A DNA stretch of 64,000 nucleotides from Candidatus Woesearchaeota archaeon (GTDB taxonomy: Archaea > Nanobdellota > Nanobdellia > Woesearchaeales > GW2011-AR9): contig JABHQW010000003.1 in the NCBI GenBank assembly GCA_018696595.1, positions 128,001 through 192,000 of the forward strand, read 5' to 3'. The translations under genes were made by a program, and so were the position numbers. Each line of letters begins with the position of its first letter. Position 1 is the first letter of the stretch. The notes beneath the pieces were generated by a model. The model saw only the letters and a list, made by a program, of their open reading frames with translations. It was not told the DNA's origin and ran no database searches. This document shows, in pieces, positions 28,842 to 39,200 of this stretch.

Positions 28842-28885
28842 AATTTTTTTACTTTTTTTATTCTAAAATTCAAATAGAAATAATT

Positions 28886-29320
28886 TTAACGTTGATAACT
28901 TCTAATTAAACCGGGTTTAGAAGAATTCATAATTGCCCCAGCATAGTCACTTATAGTTACTAAACCCCTTGGCTTTGGATGAAAAGTTGCCCCACCATCT
29001 TGCCAATCTTCAGAAATCTGAGGATCTGGGTTACTTGAAGTACCAATAATTTCTCCACGGTGTAATCTCTTAAACTCAGGAACTAATTGTGGGCCATATT
29101 CTCCACCCATCAATTCAGAGTCACAAAGAATTTTATCATAAGTTCTTTCTGCCAATAATTCAACTGCTTCTACTCCACTAGTAGCTAGATCAACTCTGGC
29201 TCCTCTTAGTTCTAAATGACCCCCTACTGCTTCTAGTAATGCTTCATTATCATCTACCACTAAGATTCTAGTTTGATAGATTTTTGCAGGTACAGTTCCA
29301 AATAAATTATTTATTGGCAT
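28886..29320 (-). CDS. Stand-alone response-regulator receiver (CheY-like) domain protein
   Basis: ILVVDDNEAL (acidic pocket), ILCDSELMG (phosphoacceptor Asp), IIGTS, HPKP (conserved Lys-Pro). Confidence 0.8.
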   Translation of the reverse strand: MPINNLFGTVPAKIYQTRILVVDDNEALLEAVGGHLELRGARVDLATSGVEAVELLAERTYDKILCDSELMGGEYGPQLVPEFKRLHRGEIIGTSSNPDPQISEDWQDGGATFHPKPRGLVTISDYAGAIMNSSKPGLIRSYQR

Positions 29321-29439
29321 GAGACTAGCATTTCATCTGTTTTGTTTATAAAACTATCTGTTTCGTATATAATGTATATGTTTCTAATAAATTCAAACTA
29401 ATCATTAAATTTATAAATGAGATAAAAGATATAACTAAC

Positions 29440-30468
29440 ATGATTTGTTTCATAGCTTTAATTGTATTTGGAATCTTAGGGATCTTTTCAGCTACACATA
29501 GAAAGATTGCTTTAGAAGCTTTTGATTGTGTTTTCAGAAAGATTACTTTAAGAAAATGCTCAACTGGATTAGATGTAAGAATTAAAAGTTCTATTACGGG
29601 AAGATTCTTAAGAAAAAATCCGCGAACAGGTAAATTAATTTACAAACATTTTGAGATCATTTCTTGGATGTTTACAATCTTATTAATTGCTAGTTTAGTT
29701 TGGACAGGAATTTCTGGATATAATTATTACGTTTATGGAAATTGTAACGGCCCAAGTGTAGATGATCAGAGCGGGTTATGTTTATTTGATCCAACTGGAA
29801 GTAATGCTGAGATAACTGAATGTGATAATGAAGATTTAACTGCTCAAACAGAAGGAACAGAACCAACTATAGAAGGAATTGATTTGTCATTATTCCCAAC
29901 ATACGAACCAAAAGAATCTCAAGACCAGTTAGTTTATGTTGGCTGTTATACTTGCAGTAATACTAAGAAAGTTAATCCCACAATTAATGAGTTAGTTATT
30001 AAAAACAAAGAAAGTTTAAAGTTTACATTTATACATCTACTTTTTACTAGAGAACAGGACTATATTTCTAAAATTGAAAACTGTTTATACGAAGCTGATA
30101 AAGCTGCATTCTGGAAATTCCATAATACACTGATGCAAATGTCAGCCGAACAAGTTAAAGATAAAGAAGAGGTTCTAGGAATACTCAACAAAATTGAAGA
30201 GATAAAAGCTAGTGAAATTATTTTTTGTAGTAATACTATACAAGCAGAAGAATTATTTCAAAAACAGCTTAGAGAGATTAATAAAATTAATTTAGAAGGA
30301 ACACCAACAATCTTTGTTAATGATCAAGTGTTTATAGGACCTAAACCATTACGTGTCTATGAGAAACAGTTAAGCACAGATGTGGACTGGTTTGGAATTG
30401 GATTAATTGGCTTAGGTGTTTTGATTATATTAATTATGATTTACTTTGCTGTGTTTAAGAGAGAATAA
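29440..30468 (+). CDS. Membrane-anchored DsbA/thioredoxin-fold protein
   Basis: CYTC (CxxC), FWKFHNTL, EGTPTIFVN cis-Pro loop; N- and C-terminal TM helices. Confidence 0.78.
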   Translation: MICFIALIVFGILGIFSATHRKIALEAFDCVFRKITLRKCSTGLDVRIKSSITGRFLRKNPRTGKLIYKHFEIISWMFTILLIASLVWTGISGYNYYVYGNCNGPSVDDQSGLCLFDPTGSNAEITECDNEDLTAQTEGTEPTIEGIDLSLFPTYEPKESQDQLVYVGCYTCSNTKKVNPTINELVIKNKESLKFTFIHLLFTREQDYISKIENCLYEADKAAFWKFHNTLMQMSAEQVKDKEEVLGILNKIEEIKASEIIFCSNTIQAEELFQKQLREINKINLEGTPTIFVNDQVFIGPKPLRVYEKQLSTDVDWFGIGLIGLGVLIILIMIYFAVFKRE

Positions 30469-30470
30469 AT

Positions 30471-31730
30471 ATGCTAGAATCAATCTTTGGAAAGAAAATA
30501 GATTTCAATGAACTTAGAAAAGATTTCACAGTTCTAAATAGAACTATCAATGATAAACCAATAATTTATTTTGATAATGCGTGTATGTCCTTAAGACCAA
30601 AACAAGTTCTGAAAGTAATGAATGAATATTATAATAAGTTCCCTGGTTGTGCAGGAAGAAGTAACCACACAATAAGTGAGGAAGTTAATAAAGCAGTAGA
30701 AAAAGCAAGAGAAAGTATTGCTAAATTTTTTCATGCCAAGCCCGAAGCAGTTGTGTTTACAAAAAACTGTACAGAAGCAATCAATCTTGTTGCCAACGCT
30801 TTTCCATTTGAAAATGGTGATGTTGTATTAACAACAGACAAAGAACATAATTCAAACTTAATCCCCTGGTTACGTTTACAAAAGAAATGGTTGATTAAAC
30901 ATGATGTTATTAATTCTGAACCTAAAAATATATTTTCCACAGACGAGCTGATTAAGAAACTTAACCAGTATAAAGGAAAAATAAAATTGGTTAGCGTTGT
31001 TTATACTTCCAATTTAGATGGAGTAAGCAACCCAGTAAAAGATATTATTAGAATTTGTCATAAACATAAAGTAAAAGTTTTATTAGATTGTTCTCAATCT
31101 GCTTTACATCATGAGATAAATATTAAAAAGTTAGATGCAGACTTCATTGCAGTTTCTTCTCACAAAATGTTAGGACCAAACGGAGTTGGCGCCTTAATTT
31201 CTACAAAAGAAAACCTAGAGATGTTAGATCAGTTCTTGGTTGGCGGAGAGACAGTACAAGATTCAAGTTATGATGATTTTGTGGTTGAAAAAATTCCTGA
31301 AAGATTTGAAGCAGGATTACAGAATTATCCTGGAATAATTGGATTTGGAGAAGCAATAAAATATTTAGACAAAATTGGGTTTAAGAATATTCATGAACAA
31401 TTAATCAAACTCAATTCAGTAGCAACTGCTGGCCTGTCTGAAATTAAGAATGTTAAAATCTTAGGTCCAATTAATGCTTCTAAAAGATCAGGAATTATTT
31501 CTTTTGTAATAAAAGGAAAGAAAGTTCACGAAGTTTCTTTATTATTAAATAACATGCATAACATTATGGTTAGATCTGGAGCTCATTGTGTTCATTCTTG
31601 GTTTAATAAAATTGAAAATAAAGAATCTGTGTTTAAAGATGGAACTGTTCGTGCTAGTTTTGGTTTCTATAATACAATTGAAGAAGTTGAAATCTTTGTT
31701 AAAGCTGTTAAAGAGATTAGCGAATTATAA
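30471..31730 (+). CDS. sufS: Cysteine desulfurase (SufS-like, class V PLP enzyme)
   Basis: IYFDNAC, FTKNCTEAINLV, EHNSN, SSHKMLGP (PLP Lys), RFEAG, RSGAHC (catalytic Cys), RASF. Confidence 0.88.
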   Translation: MLESIFGKKIDFNELRKDFTVLNRTINDKPIIYFDNACMSLRPKQVLKVMNEYYNKFPGCAGRSNHTISEEVNKAVEKARESIAKFFHAKPEAVVFTKNCTEAINLVANAFPFENGDVVLTTDKEHNSNLIPWLRLQKKWLIKHDVINSEPKNIFSTDELIKKLNQYKGKIKLVSVVYTSNLDGVSNPVKDIIRICHKHKVKVLLDCSQSALHHEINIKKLDADFIAVSSHKMLGPNGVGALISTKENLEMLDQFLVGGETVQDSSYDDFVVEKIPERFEAGLQNYPGIIGFGEAIKYLDKIGFKNIHEQLIKLNSVATAGLSEIKNVKILGPINASKRSGIISFVIKGKKVHEVSLLLNNMHNIMVRSGAHCVHSWFNKIENKESVFKDGTVRASFGFYNTIEEVEIFVKAVKEISEL

Positions 31731-31832
31731 AGATATGTTTTCTTAATGTTGTTACTAGATGAATTACTGATTTATCATTAATGAGTGATGAACTGCGAAA
31801 CATTTATAAATGAATTACGTCATTTTAAGGTT

Positions 31833-32945
31833 ATGCCTAACGATCAAACTGAATTGGAAGATCTTGTAGAATCTCCAAGTAAAGAACAAGATAGTGAGAA
31901 CCGAAAAAGAAGAAGAGCAGATATTCTTGAAGATTTAAGAGATAAATCAAACCGAGTAGAAAGTGCCAGTGAAGTTGTAAAATTAGTTTTAGATACATTA
32001 AGTGAACGAGGCTATAAAGGTACAAGAATGTGGGCTAAAGATGGAGAAAAATATAAACTGATAGCAGCTGCAGATTTTCCTAATGTCCTGTTAGAAAAAG
32101 AGCCAAGTTTTATACCAAATAATGGTTTATTAGAAAAAATACTTCAACGCGAAGGCAAGTCTACTTATTTTAAAGATGCTACAAAAGAAAATACGTTAAT
32201 GACTGGCCCTTTTGATCCACTTAATTCTGTTTTGGCTAGGTATCCTCAAGCAGTTAATATGTTAGCTTTTCCATATTCCAGTTTCTCTAATCTTAAAACA
32301 TTAAAAGATTTTAAAGGATTAATGGTAGTAAATTATGATCCTGCAGATCCTAGAGATATTGAACTAGATGAAAATGGGAAAGTATCTTCTAATGAAGATA
32401 GATTTTTAGGAAGAATTGCCAAATGGGTAGTAGCAGACAAAGTTGTACGAATGATGGAGCTTAACAGAGAAGGACTAACTGGTTTATACGAAGTAACAAA
32501 ATTCCACAGAGATTGGCACAGATATGTTAACCGTTTTCATCTTACTGGCGAAACACAAGGATTGATAACAATTGATATTGATCATTTTAAAGAAATCAAT
32601 GATACTTATGGTCATTTAGTTGGAGACGAATTTATTCAAGGTCTTGGAAAAATGTTTAGAGGGATGGAAAGTAAAGATATCCGACTATATCATCCAGGAG
32701 GAGATGAATTCGCTGTAATTGTTAGAGGAAATATTGAATATGTTAAACAGTTAGGAGAAGAAATCTTACAAAAAGTTAAAACAGTTTGGGTACCTAAGGG
32801 AGCAGAACCGCGAACAGCAAGTATTGGAATAGCGATGACAGAACCTAGTATAATGAATGGTGAGGAGTGGGCCAAAGGAGCAGATGATGCAGTTTATATG
32901 GCCAAGGAAAACGGCCGAAACCAAGTTTGTATTTATCAAAAGTAA
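31833..32945 (+). CDS. GGDEF-domain protein (diguanylate cyclase-like) with N-terminal GAF-like region
   Basis: LTGLY, IDIDHFKEINDTYGHLVGD, GGDEF, ASIG, ADDAVYMAKENGRN; start moved to ATG 31833 (TTTATAAA at 31803-31810). Confidence 0.9.
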   Translation: MPNDQTELEDLVESPSKEQDSENRKRRRADILEDLRDKSNRVESASEVVKLVLDTLSERGYKGTRMWAKDGEKYKLIAAADFPNVLLEKEPSFIPNNGLLEKILQREGKSTYFKDATKENTLMTGPFDPLNSVLARYPQAVNMLAFPYSSFSNLKTLKDFKGLMVVNYDPADPRDIELDENGKVSSNEDRFLGRIAKWVVADKVVRMMELNREGLTGLYEVTKFHRDWHRYVNRFHLTGETQGLITIDIDHFKEINDTYGHLVGDEFIQGLGKMFRGMESKDIRLYHPGGDEFAVIVRGNIEYVKQLGEEILQKVKTVWVPKGAEPRTASIGIAMTEPSIMNGEEWAKGADDAVYMAKENGRNQVCIYQK

Positions 32946-33006
32946 TAGAAAGTTATATTAGATAATTCTGTTTTAATAATTAAGTATTGCTAATTATTAA
33001 CTAAAA

Positions 33007-33639
33007 ATGAATCTTAACTACAAACAAATATTCTCAATTCTTGAAAAAGACCATCAAGAAACAATGCTAGAACAGTTTAAACATTATAGCAAATTTCAAA
33101 TGTTAATTGCTACAATGTTAAGTGCTAGAACAAAAGATACAACTACAATCCCGATTGTTGTAAGGATGTTCAGAAAATGGAGAACTCCTGAAGATTTTCT
33201 TAAAGTAAATTTTTTAGAGTTGGAAAAAGAATTATATGGTATTGGATTTTATCGCGTGAAATCTAGGAACATTCAGAAGTTAAGCAAAATGATTATTTCA
33301 GACTTTAATGGAAAAGTTCCAGACACTCTTGAAGGGATGGTTAAACTCCCCGGTGTTGGTCGTAAGACTGCCAACTGTATGTTAAATTATGCTTTTGGTA
33401 AATCAGCAGTAGCGGTTGACATTCACGTACATCGCATTTCTAACAGATTAGGTTGGGTGAAAACTGGAAGTGAGTCTGAAACAGAATTGAAGTTAATGAA
33501 AATTCTTCCAAAAGAATTATGGAACAAAGTTAATATGCTACTTGTTAATCATGGCCAAAATGTTTGTTTTCCTATAAAACCGAATTGTAAAGAGTGTAAA
33601 ATTGTTAAATTATGTAAATTTGAGAAGAAGAATTTATAA
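33007..33639 (+). CDS. nth: Endonuclease III (HhH-GPD, 4Fe-4S)
   Basis: LIATMLSART, LPGVGRKTA, AVDIHVHR, CFPIKPNCKECKIVKLC. Confidence 0.95.
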   Translation: MNLNYKQIFSILEKDHQETMLEQFKHYSKFQMLIATMLSARTKDTTTIPIVVRMFRKWRTPEDFLKVNFLELEKELYGIGFYRVKSRNIQKLSKMIISDFNGKVPDTLEGMVKLPGVGRKTANCMLNYAFGKSAVAVDIHVHRISNRLGWVKTGSESETELKLMKILPKELWNKVNMLLVNHGQNVCFPIKPNCKECKIVKLCKFEKKNL

Positions 33640-33663
33640 ATTAGAATCACCCTAAATTATTTA

Positions 33664-34593
33664 ATGGTAACAGATAGCCGGATTGAAAAGTTATGTGGTG
33701 TTTATGAAGTTTCTCCAAGATATTTTCCGTTATCAGGAACTAATGAAAATAATAATAAAGAAAATGTTATCAACAATATCTCAAGTTTCTTTAGTAATGG
33801 TTATGTAAGAAAATTATTGTTAGAAGCTAAAGATACAATTTTTTCAAGAATAGACACACCAAATCCGAAATCAAGGTTTCGTGAAACATTAGAAGAAATC
33901 ACTAAGTTCATGTACGGAATATCTACTGAAAAAGATTTTTCAGTTATTAGAAGTTCAGGTGAAATGCGTAAAGAATTAGCTCGTTATAATAGAATTGATA
34001 AAAAGTCTAGTGCCACAGCAAAAAGAATTAAGAAACGTCTTATTGATTTATTTGGGGCTTATCAGGAAGAGTTTGTAAAATATGGCATTAGACCATGCGT
34101 TTTTGGATCATTACGTTACGGTGATGCATCAGAATATTCTGACATTAATTTAATGTTTTTAGTATCATCTCCAAAGAATATGGGAGATAATGAAGAATAT
34201 CAGAATAAAGTAAAAGTAATTGTAGAAGAAGCTGAAGCTAGAATCAATAATTTTTATGGGAATGAAGATAAAAATAAAATAAGAGATGTAGAAAGGGCTG
34301 AACAACTTATTGTAGATTTAAACGATTTAAATTCAGTATTAATTGATGTTGAGGAAGGAGAAACAACCTGTTTTGAAGACTACCAATTTGAGGATAATGA
34401 CTTTTATCCATACAGTTGGATCATTGAAGGAATTCCAATGACTTCAAGGTTGGGCCACATAGAACGTGAAACCAATTATATTAAAAATAAAATGAAAAAA
34501 TGTGCAAGTAAAGATCCAATCTTTGAATTATTATTATGTTTAAGTTACTATTTCTCATTAGAAAAAAGAAAACAAAATTTATGCAGAACGTAA
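33664..34593 (+). CDS. Orphan protein with degenerate nucleotidyltransferase (Pol beta-like) motif
   Basis: CVFGSLRYGDASEYSDINLMF (GS-x10-DxN instead of DxD). Confidence 0.6.
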   Translation: MVTDSRIEKLCGVYEVSPRYFPLSGTNENNNKENVINNISSFFSNGYVRKLLLEAKDTIFSRIDTPNPKSRFRETLEEITKFMYGISTEKDFSVIRSSGEMRKELARYNRIDKKSSATAKRIKKRLIDLFGAYQEEFVKYGIRPCVFGSLRYGDASEYSDINLMFLVSSPKNMGDNEEYQNKVKVIVEEAEARINNFYGNEDKNKIRDVERAEQLIVDLNDLNSVLIDVEEGETTCFEDYQFEDNDFYPYSWIIEGIPMTSRLGHIERETNYIKNKMKKCASKDPIFELLLCLSYYFSLEKRKQNLCRT

Positions 34594-34824
34594 AATCCTT
34601 ACTAACTTAAAACCAGCCACTGTTAACCAAACAACGTTAAGAATTATAAACGGCAAAGAGTTTAATGAAAAAGCGTAATAGATTAATAGGAAAGCACCAA
34701 TGATATTAAGAACATTATATTGAACAGTATCTTGATTAAACTTTCTTACAAATTCGTCAAGAATAAAAGCAGCTAAAATAAATAACATCCCTAAAGTTCC
34801 AATAATTAAATTAATGTTTAACAT
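34579..34824 (-). CDS. Small membrane protein (CBU_0592-like)
   Basis: GTLGMLFILAAF, YNVLNIIGA, PFIILNVVW. Confidence 0.75.
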   Translation of the reverse strand: MLNINLIIGTLGMLFILAAFILDEFVRKFNQDTVQYNVLNIIGAFLLIYYAFSLNSLPFIILNVVWLTVAGFKLVRILRSA

Positions 34825-34826
34825 TT

Positions 34827-35420
34827 TTATCTTTTCTTTTTTATTTGGGTTTCCTTAATCAAAGCAACCATATGTTTCCCAATATGCCTGGAAATAGTTT
34901 TATGTTTTTTAGATGTTTGTACTAAATTATCAAGATATTTTAAGTGAGGTAAATCCATAAAGAATAAAGTTTCTTCTAATGAAAGCTTCTTATGTAACAA
35001 ATCATTAATTTCATGGTACTGACCAGAGAGGTTGGCGACTTTCTTTTCAAACTGTTGAATATCCGTTAATGTTTGTTTTAAATTCATAAAATCATCGTTA
35101 AGTAAACTGTTAGTGATTACTTTTGACTTATTCTGGTCACCATTAAAGGTAGTAAGTTTTAGTTCAATTAAATATCTGGAATAAGTTTTCAATTTATCAT
35201 TAATCATTTGATCTTGTCCTAAAGAATTAATGTGTTTATGTACTGTATCTAAACGATGTTTAAGTTCTTTTTTAGTATCTTCATCTAAGTTTTTAATGAA
35301 AGACAAATGTTTATTTGAAGTCTTTCTTAACGGTTTAATCCAATTCTTTTTGAAGTTATCAGTAGTTTCAGAAATGTTTGTTAAAGATTCAGTTTCTCGT
35401 CTAATTTCGCGTAAATCCAT
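34827..35420 (-). CDS. Hypothetical helical protein
   Basis: 197-aa ORF with own TTTTATAAA box. Confidence 0.7.
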   Translation of the reverse strand: MDLREIRRETESLTNISETTDNFKKNWIKPLRKTSNKHLSFIKNLDEDTKKELKHRLDTVHKHINSLGQDQMINDKLKTYSRYLIELKLTTFNGDQNKSKVITNSLLNDDFMNLKQTLTDIQQFEKKVANLSGQYHEINDLLHKKLSLEETLFFMDLPHLKYLDNLVQTSKKHKTISRHIGKHMVALIKETQIKKKR

Positions 35421-35452
35421 TTTATATATTAAACAAACTTGATTTATAAAAG

Positions 35453-36271
35453 TTATGTTTTACTCTCCATTGCTTTCAACAAGTAAATTCTAAACCAAGC
35501 CAAGAAAATAAAGCCAACGATAACACTAACAATTGTTAGAATGTTCTGTTGATATTGGAACTTAAGAGTGAGAGGATAAAGTATTACTGCCAAAACAATT
35601 CCTGTTAATAAAGAGAACAAATAAATCATCCCAAACTGGGACCACTTACCTTTCAATGCTTGAAAAGACTTTCTAATTGCTTTAAAGACTTGATACTCTT
35701 CTGTGAAATACTTATAGGTTAAGAAAACCATTGTTAGCCAAATAAGAGTAAACAGTAAAGTTAGTAAACTATCAAATATTGAAACAATGTTAGGGTTATT
35801 AATTAATCCAACTAAACCCACTAAAATTAATTTTATTAATAGTACAACAAACAAATAAACTAAAAAGATCACCAATAAAATTATGTTTAAAGAGTTCCAT
35901 TTCCAAAACCTTTTTTTGTTAAACTTCTTGTTTAGCAATGTATTCCATAACAAACAACGTGAAAAAGAATAAAAGATTAATGTAAAAGCCAAGAAGGCCA
36001 CTATTCCTAAGATTGAATAAATAACAAAGTGTTGTATCAGGTTAGCATAAGATTCTAATTGTTCCTCGGATGCAGTTACTAAAAACTTTTCTAAATCTGC
36101 AGAAGTATCTTGACCTTGCATTAATTCTAAAGCGTTACTTTCAATCGCTTTCGAAGAAAAGAAAAGTACCCCTATAATGATGAGAAGAAAAATAATGTCT
36201 ATTGCTATGCTAATTAAATGGTTCTTCTTAGGTTTAAAAGAGTTCAAGTAAGTTTTAATATTTTTATTCAT
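35453..36271 (-). CDS. Multi-pass membrane protein, last gene of the giant-protein operon
   Basis: 6 hydrophobic helices; starts 3 nt after the 1679-aa stop. Confidence 0.8.
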   Translation of the reverse strand: MNKNIKTYLNSFKPKKNHLISIAIDIIFLLIIIGVLFFSSKAIESNALELMQGQDTSADLEKFLVTASEEQLESYANLIQHFVIYSILGIVAFLAFTLIFYSFSRCLLWNTLLNKKFNKKRFWKWNSLNIILLVIFLVYLFVVLLIKLILVGLVGLINNPNIVSIFDSLLTLLFTLIWLTMVFLTYKYFTEEYQVFKAIRKSFQALKGKWSQFGMIYLFSLLTGIVLAVILYPLTLKFQYQQNILTIVSVIVGFIFLAWFRIYLLKAMESKT

Positions 36272-36274
36272 TTT

Positions 36275-39200
36275 TTACCAATCCTGTTTTCTTTTCACAT
36301 CTCCACCAGAAACAGAAGTTGATTCTCCTGAACTACCGTAATCATAATCAACAGAACCTTTTGTTGATTTTTTAAATTTCGTACAAACATTTCCAATAGC
36401 ATTTGGCTCAAAGTCAAATCCACTACTTCGAGAAGCAGTTAGTGGTGCTTTAAACCATTTTATACAAATCTTCTCAATTTTATACTCTGTTGCACTATAA
36501 TGATTAATTTTATCACCATCAGTTTCACCGTTATCTAAATGTACAGATTTACTGTATACTGGTTTTTCGCCAATGTAAACATTAAATGATATGGCGCCAT
36601 CCTCATCTGAGTAAGGTGTTAAAGACTCGTCAAACGGTGCAGAGACACCCCAAGTGATTTTATAAAAGTAACCAACGGTTGGTTCTTCTGCATATTCATC
36701 TTCATAACAAAACATGTCTTCTTCATTACAATAAAGTTTACTTGGACAATAAAATCCCCCTTCTTCATTCTCTACACAAAGCATTGGATTTTTTTCTAAA
36801 GTTTTTTCTGCTTGAATACTTGCTACTGCTTGAAAACTTCCACCAGGAGTTTCAATATAAGCATAATCTGTACCTTGTACATCATAACTTTCTAGTGCAT
36901 AGCAAATTGCTGAGGAATAAAATCTTTCATCTAAAACAGTTCCTGCAAACCATTGATCTATTTCGGAAGCTAATTCGGTTGCATAAGAGTCTCCTAATAA
37001 TGCCATTGAAATTGAATTCCAACCACTAAGATCTAACAAATCATAAACTTGTGCTCCTGTTTGTTGCCATTCAGTATCTCCAGCAAAGAATCTGTGTAAA
37101 GTTCTTGAGGAAGCTCTCTTATCAACATCCGCTTTACATTTATCCTCTCCATCACAAAGTTCATCGTATCCTGCTGCATCATTAGAGAACTTTTTTGAAG
37201 TTTGAGCACATTCCTCTCTGGACTTGCCTTTTTCACAATTATAAATTTCATTATTGTCAGGAGTAAAGAAAATATTCTTTTCACAACCAACCATTTTAGG
37301 ATTCTGTTTACCACAATTGCCATAACCTACCCCAGCATCAATATATCTAAATAATCCAACTGTTCGGGTTTCATAAGTTCTTACGTCATCATCACTTACT
37401 TTCTTATCTTCACCATAATTTGTATCTGATAAATAATAACCATCTTCTTCTAACACATCTGATTCAATATTACTTTCATCACATTCTCCTTCTCCACCTT
37501 TACAAAAAGAAGTCCCTTCATATTCGACATTCCCAATCTTAAATAGCCAAGTTTCAGTTCTTTCTCCATCAGAAGATTCAGTAAAGTCCATCGCTCCAAA
37601 TTCATCGGCAAACCAATTTTGTTTAGGATCATAGATTGAAATCCCTTTATAAAAATCATCACCACTCTTAAAACAAGCTTCTTGTTTTTTACAAGTTCCT
37701 GATACTTTATCAACACCATCACTTGTTTCATCTACTTCAAATTGACGATTAGAAGAATCTTTGTAACTTTTACCATCTTCTGTTGAAAGCATAAAATTAT
37801 TACCATTATAATAATCTGCTTTTTCACCTTTATAATCAATTTTGAAAATATTAGTTTCCTCACCATTCACTTCAGGATTAGTAACTTTAGCTAATTCTTC
37901 ATCTCCAATCTTAGAAGTCATAATTCCTTCTTTACTAACAAATAGTTCTCCAGTCTTTCCATCTTCTCCGCCTACTAACTTTTTAACAATGTTAGAAGGC
38001 ACAGTCATTTGTTTATCTGGATCTGGTTGAAATCCTTTCTCTTTATCAATAGGTGCTTCTGCAACAATAGTATAACCATTATCTAACGCAATAAGTGCAG
38101 TTCCTGAAGTTCCGTGTGGTTGATACCCAGAACCCGCTGTTGCGAAACCTGCCCCTTCCGGAATGTTTAAGTTTTCTAATGTTCCTTGAGGTAAAAAGTC
38201 CCCTTTGCCTGAAGTATCTTTTGCAACAAAAACTTGACCATTTTCAATCCAATATTTAGTTTCTTTTCCTGCTTCTGTTTGTATAACACAACCTGGGGGC
38301 TCACAATTATCTGGAATAACAATTTGACCTGTTTCTTCAGTGATTTTAATTTTTTCTTCGTTAAGTGTAACTAAAGATGTTTCCTGAGACGTTCTTTCTT
38401 TTAACAGATTTTGAATCTCTTCTTGTTTACTAATAAACTGAGCAGTTTCTTCTTCAACCTCTTCTTCTAATCTTAATAATTGATCAGCCAACCATTGTTC
38501 TGCTCCCTTTTGAGTTAAACCACCTTCAGTATAAGCACTAATTTCTTCTTCATATATCATCGGATCATCAAGCCAAGTACTATATCTAGCAATGTCACTT
38601 TGTTTATCATTAATATCTTCTTTAAGTTGTGATGTTTGAGTCTGCAATTCTTCAACATCAACACCAATTTGAGTAATAGCATTTTCTGTTTCTGTAATCT
38701 CTTTAGAAACTTTATTAGCCTGTGCACTCTCACTTACAATTGCTCCAAGGTGAGCTTCTTGAACACTATCATCAATTCCAAACACTTCTCCCCAACCACC
38801 AAGTTTTGCAGTCTCAGAAGTTGCGAGAGTAGCAGCTTTCGCAGCAGCAGCTTGAACTGGAGCATCAGAAGTTATTGTTGTTAGTGTAGGCACATCTTTA
38901 CCTTTTGCTATTAATTGATTCTTTGATGTTCCAGTTAATTCAACAACAATACCATCTTCATTCTGTCTGTAATATTTTCCATCTTCACTTTTCCAATATT
39001 TACATTTTTTACAACCAGCACCTTCTCCAAATAATGTCGCGCCAGTAACTGCCTTAGCTGGAACTTGTACATTTACAACAGAGTAAGAAGTTGATCTTTT
39101 CTGTCGTTCAAGTTTAGGAGGTACAGGTTGACCCTTCATCTTAGTAAGATATCCATTAATATTCTGTTGATCCTCAGGTAATCCATCATATTCCAACTTA

